DNA from: Methanobacteriota archaeon
GTDB taxonomy: Archaea; Undinarchaeota; Undinarchaeia; Undinarchaeales; Undinarchaeaceae
DNA length: 54,521 bases
NCBI GenBank assembly: GCA_002687935.1
Contig: NZBN01000002.1
Span: 102,592 to 157,112, forward strand
Direction of reading: 5' to 3'
Part shown: positions 1 to 9,580 of the stretch, piece after piece
Position numbering within the stretch: the stretch's first letter is position 1
Layout: every line of letters begins with the position of its first letter
Notes under the pieces: generated by a model
Databases searched by the model: none
What the model was told of the DNA's origin: nothing
The model's input: the letters and a program-made list of their open reading frames with translations, nothing else
Position numbers and translations under genes: made by a program

Positions 1-497
1 CTTTCAGGATCCATCGCACCAGTTTTCTCAACTCTGAAATTGAAATTGTTTTTATCTATACTGTATGAAGCTATCGCAGCCTGCCACTTGGCGTGGTCCT
101 TTCCAGTTCCTAGGCTTGCTGTAGCTTCCAGTTTGATGTTCTGACCTTCGAGTAGTTTTACTAGAGGTATTTTGTCATCAGAAGGTGCAAGTTTGGAATC
201 AGAAGATTTTATGTCCCCAGAATATACAGTGCAGGGACCTTTCTTTACAAGGGTGTATTTAACTTCTGTATCGGGCTTCAATCTTGCAGGTGTCTTCAAA
301 GGAACTAGACCAAGTCTGTGTGAAAGAACCTCATCATAAAGGGCTGAACCATTGTCAATAAAAGTTACATCCCTTATAGCAAGGACTGGAATTTCTGAAA
401 GAATAATTCTTCGTAGAGTGTTGGCAAAAGCAGCTGTACTTTCCTCAAGAGTAAACTCGAGAACATCTCCCTCTTTTTTTACATTGCTAATTTTCAT
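1..497 (-). CDS. rpoD: DNA-directed RNA polymerase subunit D (Rpo3), 3' end runs off the window
   Basis: Hand translation from ATG at 497: MKISNVKK...AFANTLRRIILSEIP...LYDEVLSHRLGLVPL...GKDHAKWQ; follows S13-S4-S11. Confidence 0.95.
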   Translation of the reverse strand, partial: MKISNVKKEGDVLEFTLEESTAAFANTLRRIILSEIPVLAIRDVTFIDNGSALYDEVLSHRLGLVPLKTPARLKPDTEVKYTLVKKGPCTVYSGDIKSSDSKLAPSDDKIPLVKLLEGQNIKLEATASLGTGKDHAKWQAAIASYSIDKNNFNFRVEKTGAMDPE

Positions 498-498
498 C

Positions 499-891
499 TT
501 ATACCCTCCTCCCTCTCTTTCCGCCCTTCTTCCTGAGATGACCATGCTGAACCGGTGTTGAATCTTCTATTTTATTTATTTTAAGACTGCTTCTTGTAAG
601 AGTTCTTATCGCTGTTTTTGCACCCGGGCCCTGTGATCGGGACTTGTTTCCCCCTGGCGCTCTTACATGAACATCAGCTGAGGTGAAACCTTTTGCAACT
701 ATTTCCTCAGAAATCTGAGATGCCATTTGAACAGCAGCGTATTGTTTTGACTTGTCTTTACCAAGCCTGACAACCATCCCACCAGACATAGATGAAATTG
801 TTTCAGCTCCGGTAACATCAGTTGCTGTTATATGGGTGTTGTTAAATGATGAGTATATTCTGATTATTGCCTTCTTTCCTTCTTTTGCCAT
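499..891 (-). CDS. rps11: 30S ribosomal protein S11 (uS11)
   Basis: SSFNNTHITATDVTGAET, GPGA, C-terminal KGGKRGRRV. Confidence 0.97.
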   Translation of the reverse strand: MAKEGKKAIIRIYSSFNNTHITATDVTGAETISSMSGGMVVRLGKDKSKQYAAVQMASQISEEIVAKGFTSADVHVRAPGGNKSRSQGPGAKTAIRTLTRSSLKINKIEDSTPVQHGHLRKKGGKRGRRV

Positions 892-1592
892 TATTCTGAG
901 TCTCCTTTCTTTTCTTCTGAAGCTTCTTCTTTTACTTCTGCGGGTGCTTCTTCTTTCTTTTCCTCATCCTGAGAAGATTCAGTTTTTACTTCTACGGGTG
1001 CTTCTTCTTTCTTTTCCTCATCCTGAGAAGATTCAGTTTTTTCTTCTGCGGGTGCTTCTTCTGTTGCATTTTCTTCGCTTGATTCTTCAGCTTTCTTAGG
1101 TTTCTGAACTTTCTGCTCTCTTGAAGGACCAACATAAGCTATTGAATCTTCTTCATCAAGAGACAAAAGAGAACCAGGAACCCTTCGCCTTTCGCCGTCT
1201 ACAGTAACAAAGCCGTGTAGAACAATCTGCCGTGCCTCTTTTGCAGTGCTCGACATTCCCTTTTTGTGAACTATAGTCTGAAGACGCCTTTCAAGGAAGT
1301 CTGTGGCATCCAGAGCAAGTATATCACTTAGTTTTGAATCCTTGCTAATTACGCCCATTTTAAGTAATGTTCCAAGAAGTCTCTCCTGTTCAGCAGATGA
1401 ATCACCCTTAATTCCTGCTATTTGTCTTGCCAGAGACCTGAACTTTTTAACGAGTGATTCTGCTCTCCAGATTTCCTGCCTCTTTTTTAGGCCATACTGT
1501 CCTGAAAGTTTTGTTTCACGAGTTATTCTTTCCTGAATCCACATATGAGAAGGTGTGGAATACTTTTTTCGTGTTTTGATTGGATCACCCAT
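891..1592 (-). CDS. rps4: 30S ribosomal protein S4 (uS4) with acidic repetitive C-terminal tail
   Basis: MGDP..RKKYSTPSH, YGLK, LERRLQT, ARQ motifs. Confidence 0.96.
   Translation of the reverse strand: MGDPIKTRKKYSTPSHMWIQERITRETKLSGQYGLKKRQEIWRAESLVKKFRSLARQIAGIKGDSSAEQERLLGTLLKMGVISKDSKLSDILALDATDFLERRLQTIVHKKGMSSTAKEARQIVLHGFVTVDGERRRVPGSLLSLDEEDSIAYVGPSREQKVQKPKKAEESSEENATEEAPAEEKTESSQDEEKKEEAPVEVKTESSQDEEKKEEAPAEVKEEASEEKKGDSE
929..1060. repeat. 54-bp tandem repeat (~2.4 copies) encoding EEAPxExKTESSQDEEKK in the S4 tail
   Basis: cgggtgcttc recurs at 941, 995 and 1049. Confidence 0.9.
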
Positions 1593-1594
1593 TA

Positions 1595-2038
1595 TTAACT
1601 CTTAGAAACCCCCATTGACGTTCCCTTTCTCCCTGTTGAGCGGGTTCTCTGACCTCGGACTTTCAAACCGAACATATGTCTTAGACCGCGATAATTCTTT
1701 AGCTTCTTATATTTGATAAGATCATCCCTGTTTGCAAACATAAGATTTGTGTCAAGAAGATGAAGGTCCTTTCCGGTTTCATTGTCCTTCCTTCTGTTTC
1801 TCATCCAAACTGGAAGATTTAGTGTATCAGTTGACTCCAAAATATTGTTAAGCTCCTTTAACTGCGCGTCACTTAATTCAGAAAGCCTTATACTTCGAGG
1901 AAGTCCCAGTTTAAGGCGGACAGCACTGGCAATTGAGAAACCAATACCATTCACACGAGTAAGCGCAGTCTCTATAGTAAGCTCCCCTGGAACATCCTTT
2001 CGCAGGAGCCTGATAATTGTCTTTGCTTCATCTGCCAT
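1595..2038 (-). CDS. rps13: 30S ribosomal protein S13 (uS13)
   Basis: ALTRVNGIG, WMRNRRKD, YRGLRH..GLKVRGQRTRSTGR. Confidence 0.97.
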   Translation of the reverse strand: MADEAKTIIRLLRKDVPGELTIETALTRVNGIGFSIASAVRLKLGLPRSIRLSELSDAQLKELNNILESTDTLNLPVWMRNRRKDNETGKDLHLLDTNLMFANRDDLIKYKKLKNYRGLRHMFGLKVRGQRTRSTGRKGTSMGVSKS

Positions 2039-2117
2039 ATATCAAAACCATGCGTTGTTATAAGAAGAACGCACTCTATTTAGACAGTTAATCTCTTATT
2101 TAAAGGTTACGCGGGAC

Positions 2118-2708
2118 TTATGAAGGCATAGGCTTGAGCTTAAGTTTAAGTTCATGTAGACGCTTGTGAATCTCAGGCCAGTGCTCAAATTCCAATTCAT
2201 TAAAAGAAATAGTTAGATTTGGAAGCTCCTCTTCGAAGATTATAGTCTCAAGATATGAAAGCTGACTATCCAGATTAGAAAGAACTGTTCCGGCTTTTAT
2301 GTGGAGTTCTGATTTTTTCAAAATATCTGAAATTATATCCCGTATCAAGGTGTGGAGGTTGTACAGAAGATTTATCTGGTGGTCAATTGCCCGAGATAGT
2401 TCTTTCTCCTTTCCAAGTAAAAACTCCCCTTTCTTTCCGAAATGTGCGAGCTCTTCCTCAGACTCAATTGATTCCAAAAGACGGCGAGTCTCAACTTCCA
2501 CTGCAAGAAGAGCCGCCCTGAGTTCTTCCTCATCATCCTCAAGTGTGTTGACTAAATCAAGAAGGATATCAAGTTCTTTTTTTGGATTGTTTGCAGGCTG
2601 AGTAAGACCTTTAAAATTTCCTGATAGCCAGTCCTTCTTTTTATTTATTGCAACAAGAACTTCTTTAAAGTGCTTGTCCGCTTTTTTAGATAAAGCATTC
2701 TTTGCCAT
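2118..2708 (-). CDS. hypothetical helical/coiled-coil protein
   Basis: 196-aa ORF, TAATG-coupled to the upstream gene. Confidence 0.7.
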   Translation of the reverse strand: MAKNALSKKADKHFKEVLVAINKKKDWLSGNFKGLTQPANNPKKELDILLDLVNTLEDDEEELRAALLAVEVETRRLLESIESEEELAHFGKKGEFLLGKEKELSRAIDHQINLLYNLHTLIRDIISDILKKSELHIKAGTVLSNLDSQLSYLETIIFEEELPNLTISFNELEFEHWPEIHKRLHELKLKLKPMPS

Positions 2709-4309
2709 TATAGTTTCTTCCTGTGCCTCTTAGCTTTCTTGTAGAGTCCCCTGACTTTCTTTCCTCTTACTTTGTGAAGGAGCTTCTTCTCCCTCTTTGT
2801 CAGCTTACCTTCTTCATCAAGTATTTCAAGAGACCTCATTGCATCCTTTGCATCGTGTATGGGTTTGAGGATTCTATCATATCTCTTCTTTGTCATCTTT
2901 GGATGTGGATATGCAGGGTCAGGATATTTCCTGAGATAATCCTGGATAAGATAGAGGAAGGCATAACCTGGACCAAGGAAAATCATAATCATTAGAAGAC
3001 CAAGAACGACACCAAGACCCCAGCTTGCAGTGATGAAGGCATACATTGTTCCCGCTGTTACAAGCATAAGCATTCCCCAGATATAGCCTGGTTTTATGAC
3101 AAGTTCATAGTTCCACCACATTGAAGCTATACCGTAAGTAACTTTCCGCATGAAGCTTACATACCTGTCACGACCAAGGAGACGCAGAAGAGACTTCTCC
3201 ATATAGTAGTAAATTATGTCTCTCTTGAAATGATAATTCTTCCACTGATTGAATATATCCCCAAATACTGCAGTCATTTTGATTCCGTAAAACTCTGTAT
3301 CTTCCCAGGCGTTTTTGACTATAGGTCTGTAGAAATAGAAGAACTTCCACCAAGGAGCGTAGATAAGCTCACGACTTGTTATGACAACATCTTCAGGTTT
3401 GACATCCTCAACATATGAAACCCACTGCATGGCCGCAAGCTTAGCTTCGTGTTTTTCCATAACAGGGCGAAGAACCTCGAAATGGACACCCACGGGAAGT
3501 TTTGGTTTCTTTATCTTTGTTCTTGGAGCCATATGCAGACTTTCAATCTGATAAATAATTTCATTATCAAAAATCGCCTCCTTCTTACTGCCTTTAATCT
3601 CTGCCCAGAGTTCCGGGTCAATATCTCTCCAGAGATCCAACTCACCAGTAACAGCATTTATGGCGAAGGTTCCCTCCTTCATATGACCATGGCTGGAAAC
3701 AGAATAGGAGAACTTCCAGTATGGCTCATAAACCAGCATCTTGGTCATAAACCAAATGGTATTGAAATTTATGAAAAGCATTTTCTCGAAGAACCATTTA
3801 AGCTTCCATCTTACCTTCTCATAATCCCACAATACAGGGAAGGCAGGAGCATTATGCCACCACTGTTCCTTCACCATTGCTTTTCCAAGAAGCTGTTGGA
3901 GCTTCTTGGGACCCATAAGAGTTACTGTACCAAGTGAGTCAGCAGCTTTTTTTGCAGCCTCTGTAAAACCTGTTGTTGAAAGAAGTATAGCAGAATAACC
4001 CTGTGCAGCCTTCATTACAGCATTTATATGATTTACATCTCCAGCGTCAGCCGGATCAGTTCCACGTGTATAGCGAACAACTACACGCCCAAAGGGCCTT
4101 TCAATATCTTTTTTCTCTGCAAGAATATCTACTTTGTAAAGAACACCAGCTTCTTCTTTTGCAGGAATAACTTCGCCTTCTCTTCCGGTTTCCTTTGCAA
4201 GCTCGGAGGTTAAAATTTTGCCTCCACGAACCCCGACACTCCTTCGAGTAACATAGCCATACATACTCAAAAGTTCGTCCGAGAAATCAAGAAGTGTGTT
4301 TACATCCAT
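2708..4309 (-). CDS. Mrr-like restriction-endonuclease-fold domain + repeated domain + C-terminal TM hairpin protein
   Basis: N-terminal VDILAEK...AILLSTTGFTEAAKKAA resembles Mrr_cat; two hydrophobic helices near aa 410-455. Confidence 0.65.
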   Translation of the reverse strand: MDVNTLLDFSDELLSMYGYVTRRSVGVRGGKILTSELAKETGREGEVIPAKEEAGVLYKVDILAEKKDIERPFGRVVVRYTRGTDPADAGDVNHINAVMKAAQGYSAILLSTTGFTEAAKKAADSLGTVTLMGPKKLQQLLGKAMVKEQWWHNAPAFPVLWDYEKVRWKLKWFFEKMLFINFNTIWFMTKMLVYEPYWKFSYSVSSHGHMKEGTFAINAVTGELDLWRDIDPELWAEIKGSKKEAIFDNEIIYQIESLHMAPRTKIKKPKLPVGVHFEVLRPVMEKHEAKLAAMQWVSYVEDVKPEDVVITSRELIYAPWWKFFYFYRPIVKNAWEDTEFYGIKMTAVFGDIFNQWKNYHFKRDIIYYYMEKSLLRLLGRDRYVSFMRKVTYGIASMWWNYELVIKPGYIWGMLMLVTAGTMYAFITASWGLGVVLGLLMIMIFLGPGYAFLYLIQDYLRKYPDPAYPHPKMTKKRYDRILKPIHDAKDAMRSLEILDEEGKLTKREKKLLHKVRGKKVRGLYKKAKRHRKKL

Positions 4310-4368
4310 AAACGGGCATCACCAAGGGAATTCATTGCATTTATTACTAACTTAGTAGTTATTTATAT

Positions 4369-5442
4369 TTGTTTATGGTCGCAAATAAGACAGAAATAAA
4401 GGAGAATGGAGCAAAAATCCTGGTTCAGGAAGGAGCGCACACGCCAGAAAAGACTGTTGGTTTCTATAATGCCCGTATGGAATTTAACAGAGATTTCACC
4501 ATAGCAACGCTTTCAGCAGAAGCTCAAAAAGGCTGGAAAGTACTTGATGCATTCGGAGCTTCAGGAGTAAGAGGGATAAGACTTGCCCAAGAAATAGAAG
4601 ACATTGAACTTACAATAAATGACATAAGCAAGGGAGCTGTTGAGCTGATAAAAAGGAATGTAAAACGAAATAAAGTAAGTGCTGAAATTCTTCAGAGAGA
4701 TGCCGCAGCTCTGATGAATGAGAGAAAGTTTGATTTTATAGACCTTGACCCCTTTGGAAGTCCCTCTCAATTTCTTGAACCGGCATTCAGGAGTATTCGC
4801 AATAAAGGAATTGTTGGAATGACCGCAACGGATATGACAGCACTCTGCGGAGTCTATCCAAAAGTGGCAGAACGAAATTATGGAGGAAGAAGTTTAAGAA
4901 CAGAATACTGCCATGAACTTGGAGCCAGACTTGTTATAGCTGCTACTGCCAGAGCAGCTGCCAGATTTGAAAAGAGAATAGAAGTATTGTCAGTTCTGAA
5001 TGCAGACCATTATTTGAGAATAACATTGCGGGCAAGAGATGGTGCAGAGGGTGCAAACAAGTGTTTGACAAATATAAAACAAGGATACCACTGTTTCAAA
5101 TGTAATGAGCATGGTTTTGAGAAGAAATGTAGGTGCAGACAAAAAATAACAGAATTCGGACCAGTATGGAGCGGTCCAATATTTGAAAAGAAATTTATTA
5201 ATGAATCTTTAAAAACTGTAAAAAGGAAAAACTTTGGAACAGAAAAAAGACTTCTAAAAACCTTGGAAGTGATGAAAGAAGAAATTAGGAGTCCGGCATT
5301 TTACTACGACCTTCATAAGCACTACAAGGGAAATGTTCCGAAAATTTCCGAGGCAATAGAAAAGCTAAAAAAACAGGGAATAAAGGCAACAAGAACTCAT
5401 TTCAGCCCGACGGCAATAAAATCAGAAAAATTCAAAAAATGA
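4369..5442 (+). CDS. trm1: tRNA (guanine-26,N2)-dimethyltransferase (start probably ATG 4375)
   Basis: FYNARMEFNRD, LDAFGASGVRGIR, IDLDPFGSP, TATD, RTHFSPTAIK. Confidence 0.95.
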   Translation: MFMVANKTEIKENGAKILVQEGAHTPEKTVGFYNARMEFNRDFTIATLSAEAQKGWKVLDAFGASGVRGIRLAQEIEDIELTINDISKGAVELIKRNVKRNKVSAEILQRDAAALMNERKFDFIDLDPFGSPSQFLEPAFRSIRNKGIVGMTATDMTALCGVYPKVAERNYGGRSLRTEYCHELGARLVIAATARAAARFEKRIEVLSVLNADHYLRITLRARDGAEGANKCLTNIKQGYHCFKCNEHGFEKKCRCRQKITEFGPVWSGPIFEKKFINESLKTVKRKNFGTEKRLLKTLEVMKEEIRSPAFYYDLHKHYKGNVPKISEAIEKLKKQGIKATRTHFSPTAIKSEKFKK

Positions 5443-6363
5443 TTACTCTTCTTTTGCTGAAGCTTCACTCATTTTATCTGCTATACCCAGCTCATCTATA
5501 AGTTCCTTGTAACGATTTCTTATTGTAACTTCAGTAACACCAGCAACCTCGGCGACTTCTCGCTGGGTCCTCTTTTCATTTGACAAAGTTGAAGAAACAT
5601 AAATTGCGGCTGCGGCAACACCGGTTGGACCTCTGCCCGAAACAAGGTCATGTTCCTGTGCCTGTTTTAGGATTTTTATTGCCTCTTCCTGAACAGAAGG
5701 AGAAAGTTTTAGGGAAGATGAAAATCTTGAAATGTAATCTATAGGTGAAGTCGGAAGAAGTTTTATTTTCAGCTCTCTTGTTATGAATCTGTAAGTTCTT
5801 CCTATCTCTCTTTTCTTGACATTTGAAGCCTCGGCAATTTCATCAAGAGTTCTTGGAACATTGTGCTTTCTGCAGGCTGCATAGAGTGCGGCGGCAACAA
5901 CGCTTTCCATTGAACGTCCGCGAACAAGACCCTTTGTAACAGCCTTTCTGTAAATAAGCGCTGTAGTTTCCCTGATGTTCTTGGGCAAACTCAGAGTGCT
6001 TGAAATTCTGTCTAATTCACTCAGAGCAAAGCGGAGGTTCCTTTCAGTAGCTGTTGAAACTTGCTTATGCCATCTCTTAAGCCTGTAGAAAGATGCCCTC
6101 TTAGAGGGAGATAGTTTATACAAGTCACTGTATCCCTGATCTCCGATAGAAGTTGAAAGTCCCTTGTCGTGCCTTGTGTAAGTGAGAAATGAACCGGTCC
6201 TGTCACGCTTCTTCCTCTGCTCATAATCAAAAGCGCGCCATTCCTGAGTTGTATCAATTTGTCGCTCATCTATAACAATTCCACATTTATTGCAGACAGT
6301 CTCCGCTCTCTTTGAGTCAAAGGACACATTTTCTGAATTGCACTCAGGACATTTTTCCGACAT
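5443..6363 (-). CDS. tfb: transcription initiation factor IIB
   Basis: CPEC...CNKCG Zn ribbon, EWRAF, two cyclin repeats, [13 protein letters not shown]. Confidence 0.98.
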   Translation of the reverse strand: MSEKCPECNSENVSFDSKRAETVCNKCGIVIDERQIDTTQEWRAFDYEQRKKRDRTGSFLTYTRHDKGLSTSIGDQGYSDLYKLSPSKRASFYRLKRWHKQVSTATERNLRFALSELDRISSTLSLPKNIRETTALIYRKAVTKGLVRGRSMESVVAAALYAACRKHNVPRTLDEIAEASNVKKREIGRTYRFITRELKIKLLPTSPIDYISRFSSSLKLSPSVQEEAIKILKQAQEHDLVSGRGPTGVAAAAIYVSSTLSNEKRTQREVAEVAGVTEVTIRNRYKELIDELGIADKMSEASAKEE

Positions 6364-6611
6364 TATACATACACCATTTTACCGAGCAAAGTATCATTAT
6401 CTTTTTTTACGGGCTTCACTGAAATATATGGGCTTGAAACAGGACCAAAAACTTCTGAAATCTTGCCAACAGTATTCCTGTCAGAATCGAAAGTTTTTGC
6501 ACCAGTTCTTGGCAGTTTTCTTATTTTTGAAGAACTGACAATTATATTTCCACTTTTTGACAAGTGAAGAACTTTTCCAAGTAATCCCATAGACTTAAAT
6601 AGTAGCATCAA
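6363..6611 (-). CDS. gar1: H/ACA RNP component Gar1/Naf1 (start probably ATG 6590)
   Basis: LGKVLH...[15 protein letters not shown]; conserved gar1-tfb adjacency. Confidence 0.88.
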   Translation of the reverse strand: MMLLFKSMGLLGKVLHLSKSGNIIVSSSKIRKLPRTGAKTFDSDRNTVGKISEVFGPVSSPYISVKPVKKDNDTLLGKMVYV

Positions 6612-6634
6612 AGGCAGTATATAACCTTTTCTAA

Positions 6635-6859
6635 CTAGTTCTTATAATAAATAAGCCAAACAACGGCCCCAAGAAGGACGGTTACAGAGGCAAGAACGAC
6701 TGCATACAAGCCACCTGCAGGACCTAAGGATTCTGAAATTGAGAGGCCGCTAGTTGAATTTCCAGTATATACGAACATAAATAGAAGAAGTGAAAGTGCT
6801 GTTGCACTCAGGAAAAGTTTTACTAACCTTTCTTTTGAACTGGGTGTAGATTCTGACAT
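6635..6859 (-). CDS. small two-TM membrane protein
   Basis: ATG 6859 (MSESTPSSKERL...), two hydrophobic segments; the longer track start overlaps cobO. Confidence 0.6.
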   Translation of the reverse strand: MSESTPSSKERLVKLFLSATALSLLLFMFVYTGNSTSGLSISESLGPAGGLYAVVLASVTVLLGAVVWLIYYKN

Positions 6860-6899
6860 AGATAAATTGTGGATTACCAAATATAAATAGCTTGGCAAA

Positions 6900-7502
6900 T
6901 CAGTATTCCACACCCCAGCGACCCATAACACCGCGGTCAAATGGATGTTTTTCTCTTTGAAGAACTGTAACATAATCTGCCTCAGCTCGGATTTCTTCAG
7001 GAGCACCCCTACCTGTAAGAACTAGCTCAGTGGACTTGCTTTTGTTCTTTAACATTTCCAAAACATCCTCAGTTTTGATATATTTGAAACTGAGAGCAAC
7101 ATTTATTTCATCAAGAATAACAAGTCCAGAGTCTCCAGAGGATGTGACTTCTTTTGCGAGCTCAAGTGCGTCCTTGGAACTACTCACCATTTCAGTGCTA
7201 GTCATAAAACAATCTCTGCAGCTTCCACATGAATAATCCTTGTCCTTTTTGTACATCTCAGAGTAAGTACATTTTTTTCCAAATTGTTTTATTGTAAAAT
7301 TAGGCATAAAAGTCTCCGACGCCATGTACTCCCCAACATAAGTTCCCCCTTTCAGAAACTGTATCATGTAAACTTTTATGCCGTGTCCGATTGCACGTAA
7401 TGCCAATCCGAGAGCCGCAGTTGTTTTTCCCTTGCCATCTCCAGTATACACATGTACTAAACCAAGCCCAGTTTTTGCATCGCCTGTTTCCCCAAACCTC
7501 AT
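6900..7502 (-). CDS. cobO: cob(I)alamin adenosyltransferase, CobA/CobO/BtuR type
   Basis: VHVYTGDGKGKTTAALG, IQFLKG, LDEIN, LVLTGRGAP, ADYVT, KHPF..G. Confidence 0.95.
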   Translation of the reverse strand: MRFGETGDAKTGLGLVHVYTGDGKGKTTAALGLALRAIGHGIKVYMIQFLKGGTYVGEYMASETFMPNFTIKQFGKKCTYSEMYKKDKDYSCGSCRDCFMTSTEMVSSSKDALELAKEVTSSGDSGLVILDEINVALSFKYIKTEDVLEMLKNKSKSTELVLTGRGAPEEIRAEADYVTVLQREKHPFDRGVMGRWGVEY

Positions 7503-9550
7503 AGACTGTCGCCGGCAGATAAAACTTGATTCTGGTGACTTCCCTCCCGATATACGGTGATTCCCTTACATCCACTCTTCCATGCAAATACCAGAGAATC
7601 ATTTATTTCCTTCAGTGTTGCTGTGTTTTTCAAATTTGCCGTCTTTGAAACTGAATTGTCTACATATTTTTGAAGGGCTGCCTGAATTTTGATATGCCAT
7701 TCAGGGGGTATGTCAAGAGAACTAACAAAAACATCGTGAACCTTTTTTGGAACTTCGGTGAAATTTTGGATTGAGCCAGTCTTTGCAATCTCGGCCATCA
7801 AGGCAGGAGAATAGAAACCGCCATCCATAGCAATCTTCTCGAAGATTGGGTTCGTATATACAAAACGACTGTCCCCAAGAACAGTCATAACATATGAAAT
7901 CGCAAAATTTGGTTCACAGCCGGAAGACACACCTGCAAGAATACTGATAGTTCCCGTAGGTGCAATTGCAATGCAAGTTGCATTCCTCATACGCCTCTTA
8001 TTTTTATGATGAATAGAGCCTTCCCAGGCCGGAAAGGTTCCACGATCCTTTGCCAGTATTTCTGATGTATTATACGCAGTGTCTTTGATATATTTCATAA
8101 GTTTCTCAGCCATTGCAAGACCTTTTTTCGAATCGTATTTTATGTCAAGCATATAGAGCATGTCAGCAAACCCGAAGATGCCAAGACCTATCTTTCGTGT
8201 ACTCTTTGTCGCGAATTCTATGTCGTGATTTGCATAGCTGGCAACATCTATGGAATTGTCAAGGAATCTAACTGCTGTCCTGACTGTCTGCCGGAGAAGA
8301 CTCCAGTCAATATCACTCCAGTCAGACTTCACCATTGCAACCAAATTTATTGAACCCAGATTACAACTTTCATTGGGAAGAAGGGGAACCTCCCCACAGG
8401 GGCTTGTTGCTTCAATCTCCCCGAGGTGTTTGCAAGGATGTTTCTTATTTATCTGATCTATAAAAACAATGCCGGGATCCCCTGTGAGCCAGGCACTGTG
8501 AACTATTAAATCAAAAAGGTCCCTTGCCCGGACCTCTCTGTGCTTCTTTTTTGTGTTAGGGTCAATAAGGTTGAATTTTCCATCCTTCATAACAGCCTTC
8601 ATAAAATTGTCAGTTATAGCAACAGATATGTTAAAATTGCTGAGCCTTCCAAAGCGGTTCTTTGAGCTTATGAAATCGAAAATATCTGGATGGTCAATGC
8701 GGAGAATTCCCATATTGGCTCCTTTTCTTCTACCACCTTGTTTTATGGCATTTGCAGAACTGTCAAAAACATCCATAAAGGCAAGGGGACCAGCTGCAGT
8801 ATCTGCACCGCCTGCAACCATACCCCGTTTTCCACGAAGCCTTGTAAATGAGAAGCCAGTACCCCCACCATTCTTGTTTACAAGAGCAGCAGTCTGAAGA
8901 GTTCCGAATATACCGTTAATCGAATCCTCTATTGGAAGAACAAGGCAGGAAGATAATTGATTCATCTGAGTTCCTGCGTTTGTTATAAGTGTACTACTTG
9001 GGAGAAAGTAGAGATTTTTCATCATCTCATAAAATTCCGTCTCAGTTTTCTTTATAGATTTTGAGCCATATTCTTTTTCAGCCCCTGCAACGGCTTTTGA
9101 AACACGCTTGAGAAGCTGTTGAGGAGTCTCTGTAATTTTTCCTTTATAATCTTTGAGAAGACATCTTCCTTTAAGGACTTCGAGAGCGTAAGTTGAAAAG
9201 TTAAGATTGCTTTCCTTGAAACTCTCACCAAGAACAAATTCATGTTCAGTTCTTTCTTTCTCTCTCTCATGTCTGAAAAGAATATATGCCTTTGCCGTTC
9301 TGTAATGACCGCCCTCAACGAGAGCTTTCTCAACAACATCCTGTATAGCCTCAACACTTAGGACTTTTCCAGAATACTTAGTTCGAAGAGATTTTACAAC
9401 TTCCTGACCTATTGAATAGGCCATCTCCCGGTCTTTGCCGGCAACAGACTGTGCGGCATTCCAGATAGCGTCCTTAATCTTCCCTGGCTTAAAAGGGACA
9501 AGCTCCCCAGTTCTCTTCTTTACTCTGGATAACTTAGAAGTTTTTGCCAT
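7499..9550 (-). CDS. nrdJ: class II (AdoCbl-dependent) ribonucleotide reductase with ATP-cone, copy A
   Basis: ATP-cone VKKRTGELVPF; LSSC, GGGTG, ATSPCGE, ESCNLGS, APTGTIS, KGITVYR; ATG 9550 preferred over TTG 9565. Confidence 0.92.
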   Translation of the reverse strand: MAKTSKLSRVKKRTGELVPFKPGKIKDAIWNAAQSVAGKDREMAYSIGQEVVKSLRTKYSGKVLSVEAIQDVVEKALVEGGHYRTAKAYILFRHEREKERTEHEFVLGESFKESNLNFSTYALEVLKGRCLLKDYKGKITETPQQLLKRVSKAVAGAEKEYGSKSIKKTETEFYEMMKNLYFLPSSTLITNAGTQMNQLSSCLVLPIEDSINGIFGTLQTAALVNKNGGGTGFSFTRLRGKRGMVAGGADTAAGPLAFMDVFDSSANAIKQGGRRKGANMGILRIDHPDIFDFISSKNRFGRLSNFNISVAITDNFMKAVMKDGKFNLIDPNTKKKHREVRARDLFDLIVHSAWLTGDPGIVFIDQINKKHPCKHLGEIEATSPCGEVPLLPNESCNLGSINLVAMVKSDWSDIDWSLLRQTVRTAVRFLDNSIDVASYANHDIEFATKSTRKIGLGIFGFADMLYMLDIKYDSKKGLAMAEKLMKYIKDTAYNTSEILAKDRGTFPAWEGSIHHKNKRRMRNATCIAIAPTGTISILAGVSSGCEPNFAISYVMTVLGDSRFVYTNPIFEKIAMDGGFYSPALMAEIAKTGSIQNFTEVPKKVHDVFVSSLDIPPEWHIKIQAALQKYVDNSVSKTANLKNTATLKEINDSLVFAWKSGCKGITVYREGSHQNQVLSAGDSL

Positions 9551-9564
9551 ATTTTGTATAGGCA

Positions 9565-9580
9565 ATATTGATATTTAAAC
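9565..9580 (-). promoter_or_regulatory. putative TATA box for a leaderless nrdJ-A/cobO transcript
   Basis: TTTAAATA on the minus strand ~22-29 nt upstream of ATG 9550. Confidence 0.4.

Noticed and set aside
929-1060. 54-bp repeats (also 22952-23066) as CRISPR or mobile-element repeats
   Set aside because: In-frame coding tandem duplications with no unique spacers; the two repeats are unrelated in sequence
752-1099. Hydrophobic antisense ORF and the many other short shadow ORFs
   Set aside because: They are reverse-strand or alternate-frame shadows of well-supported genes
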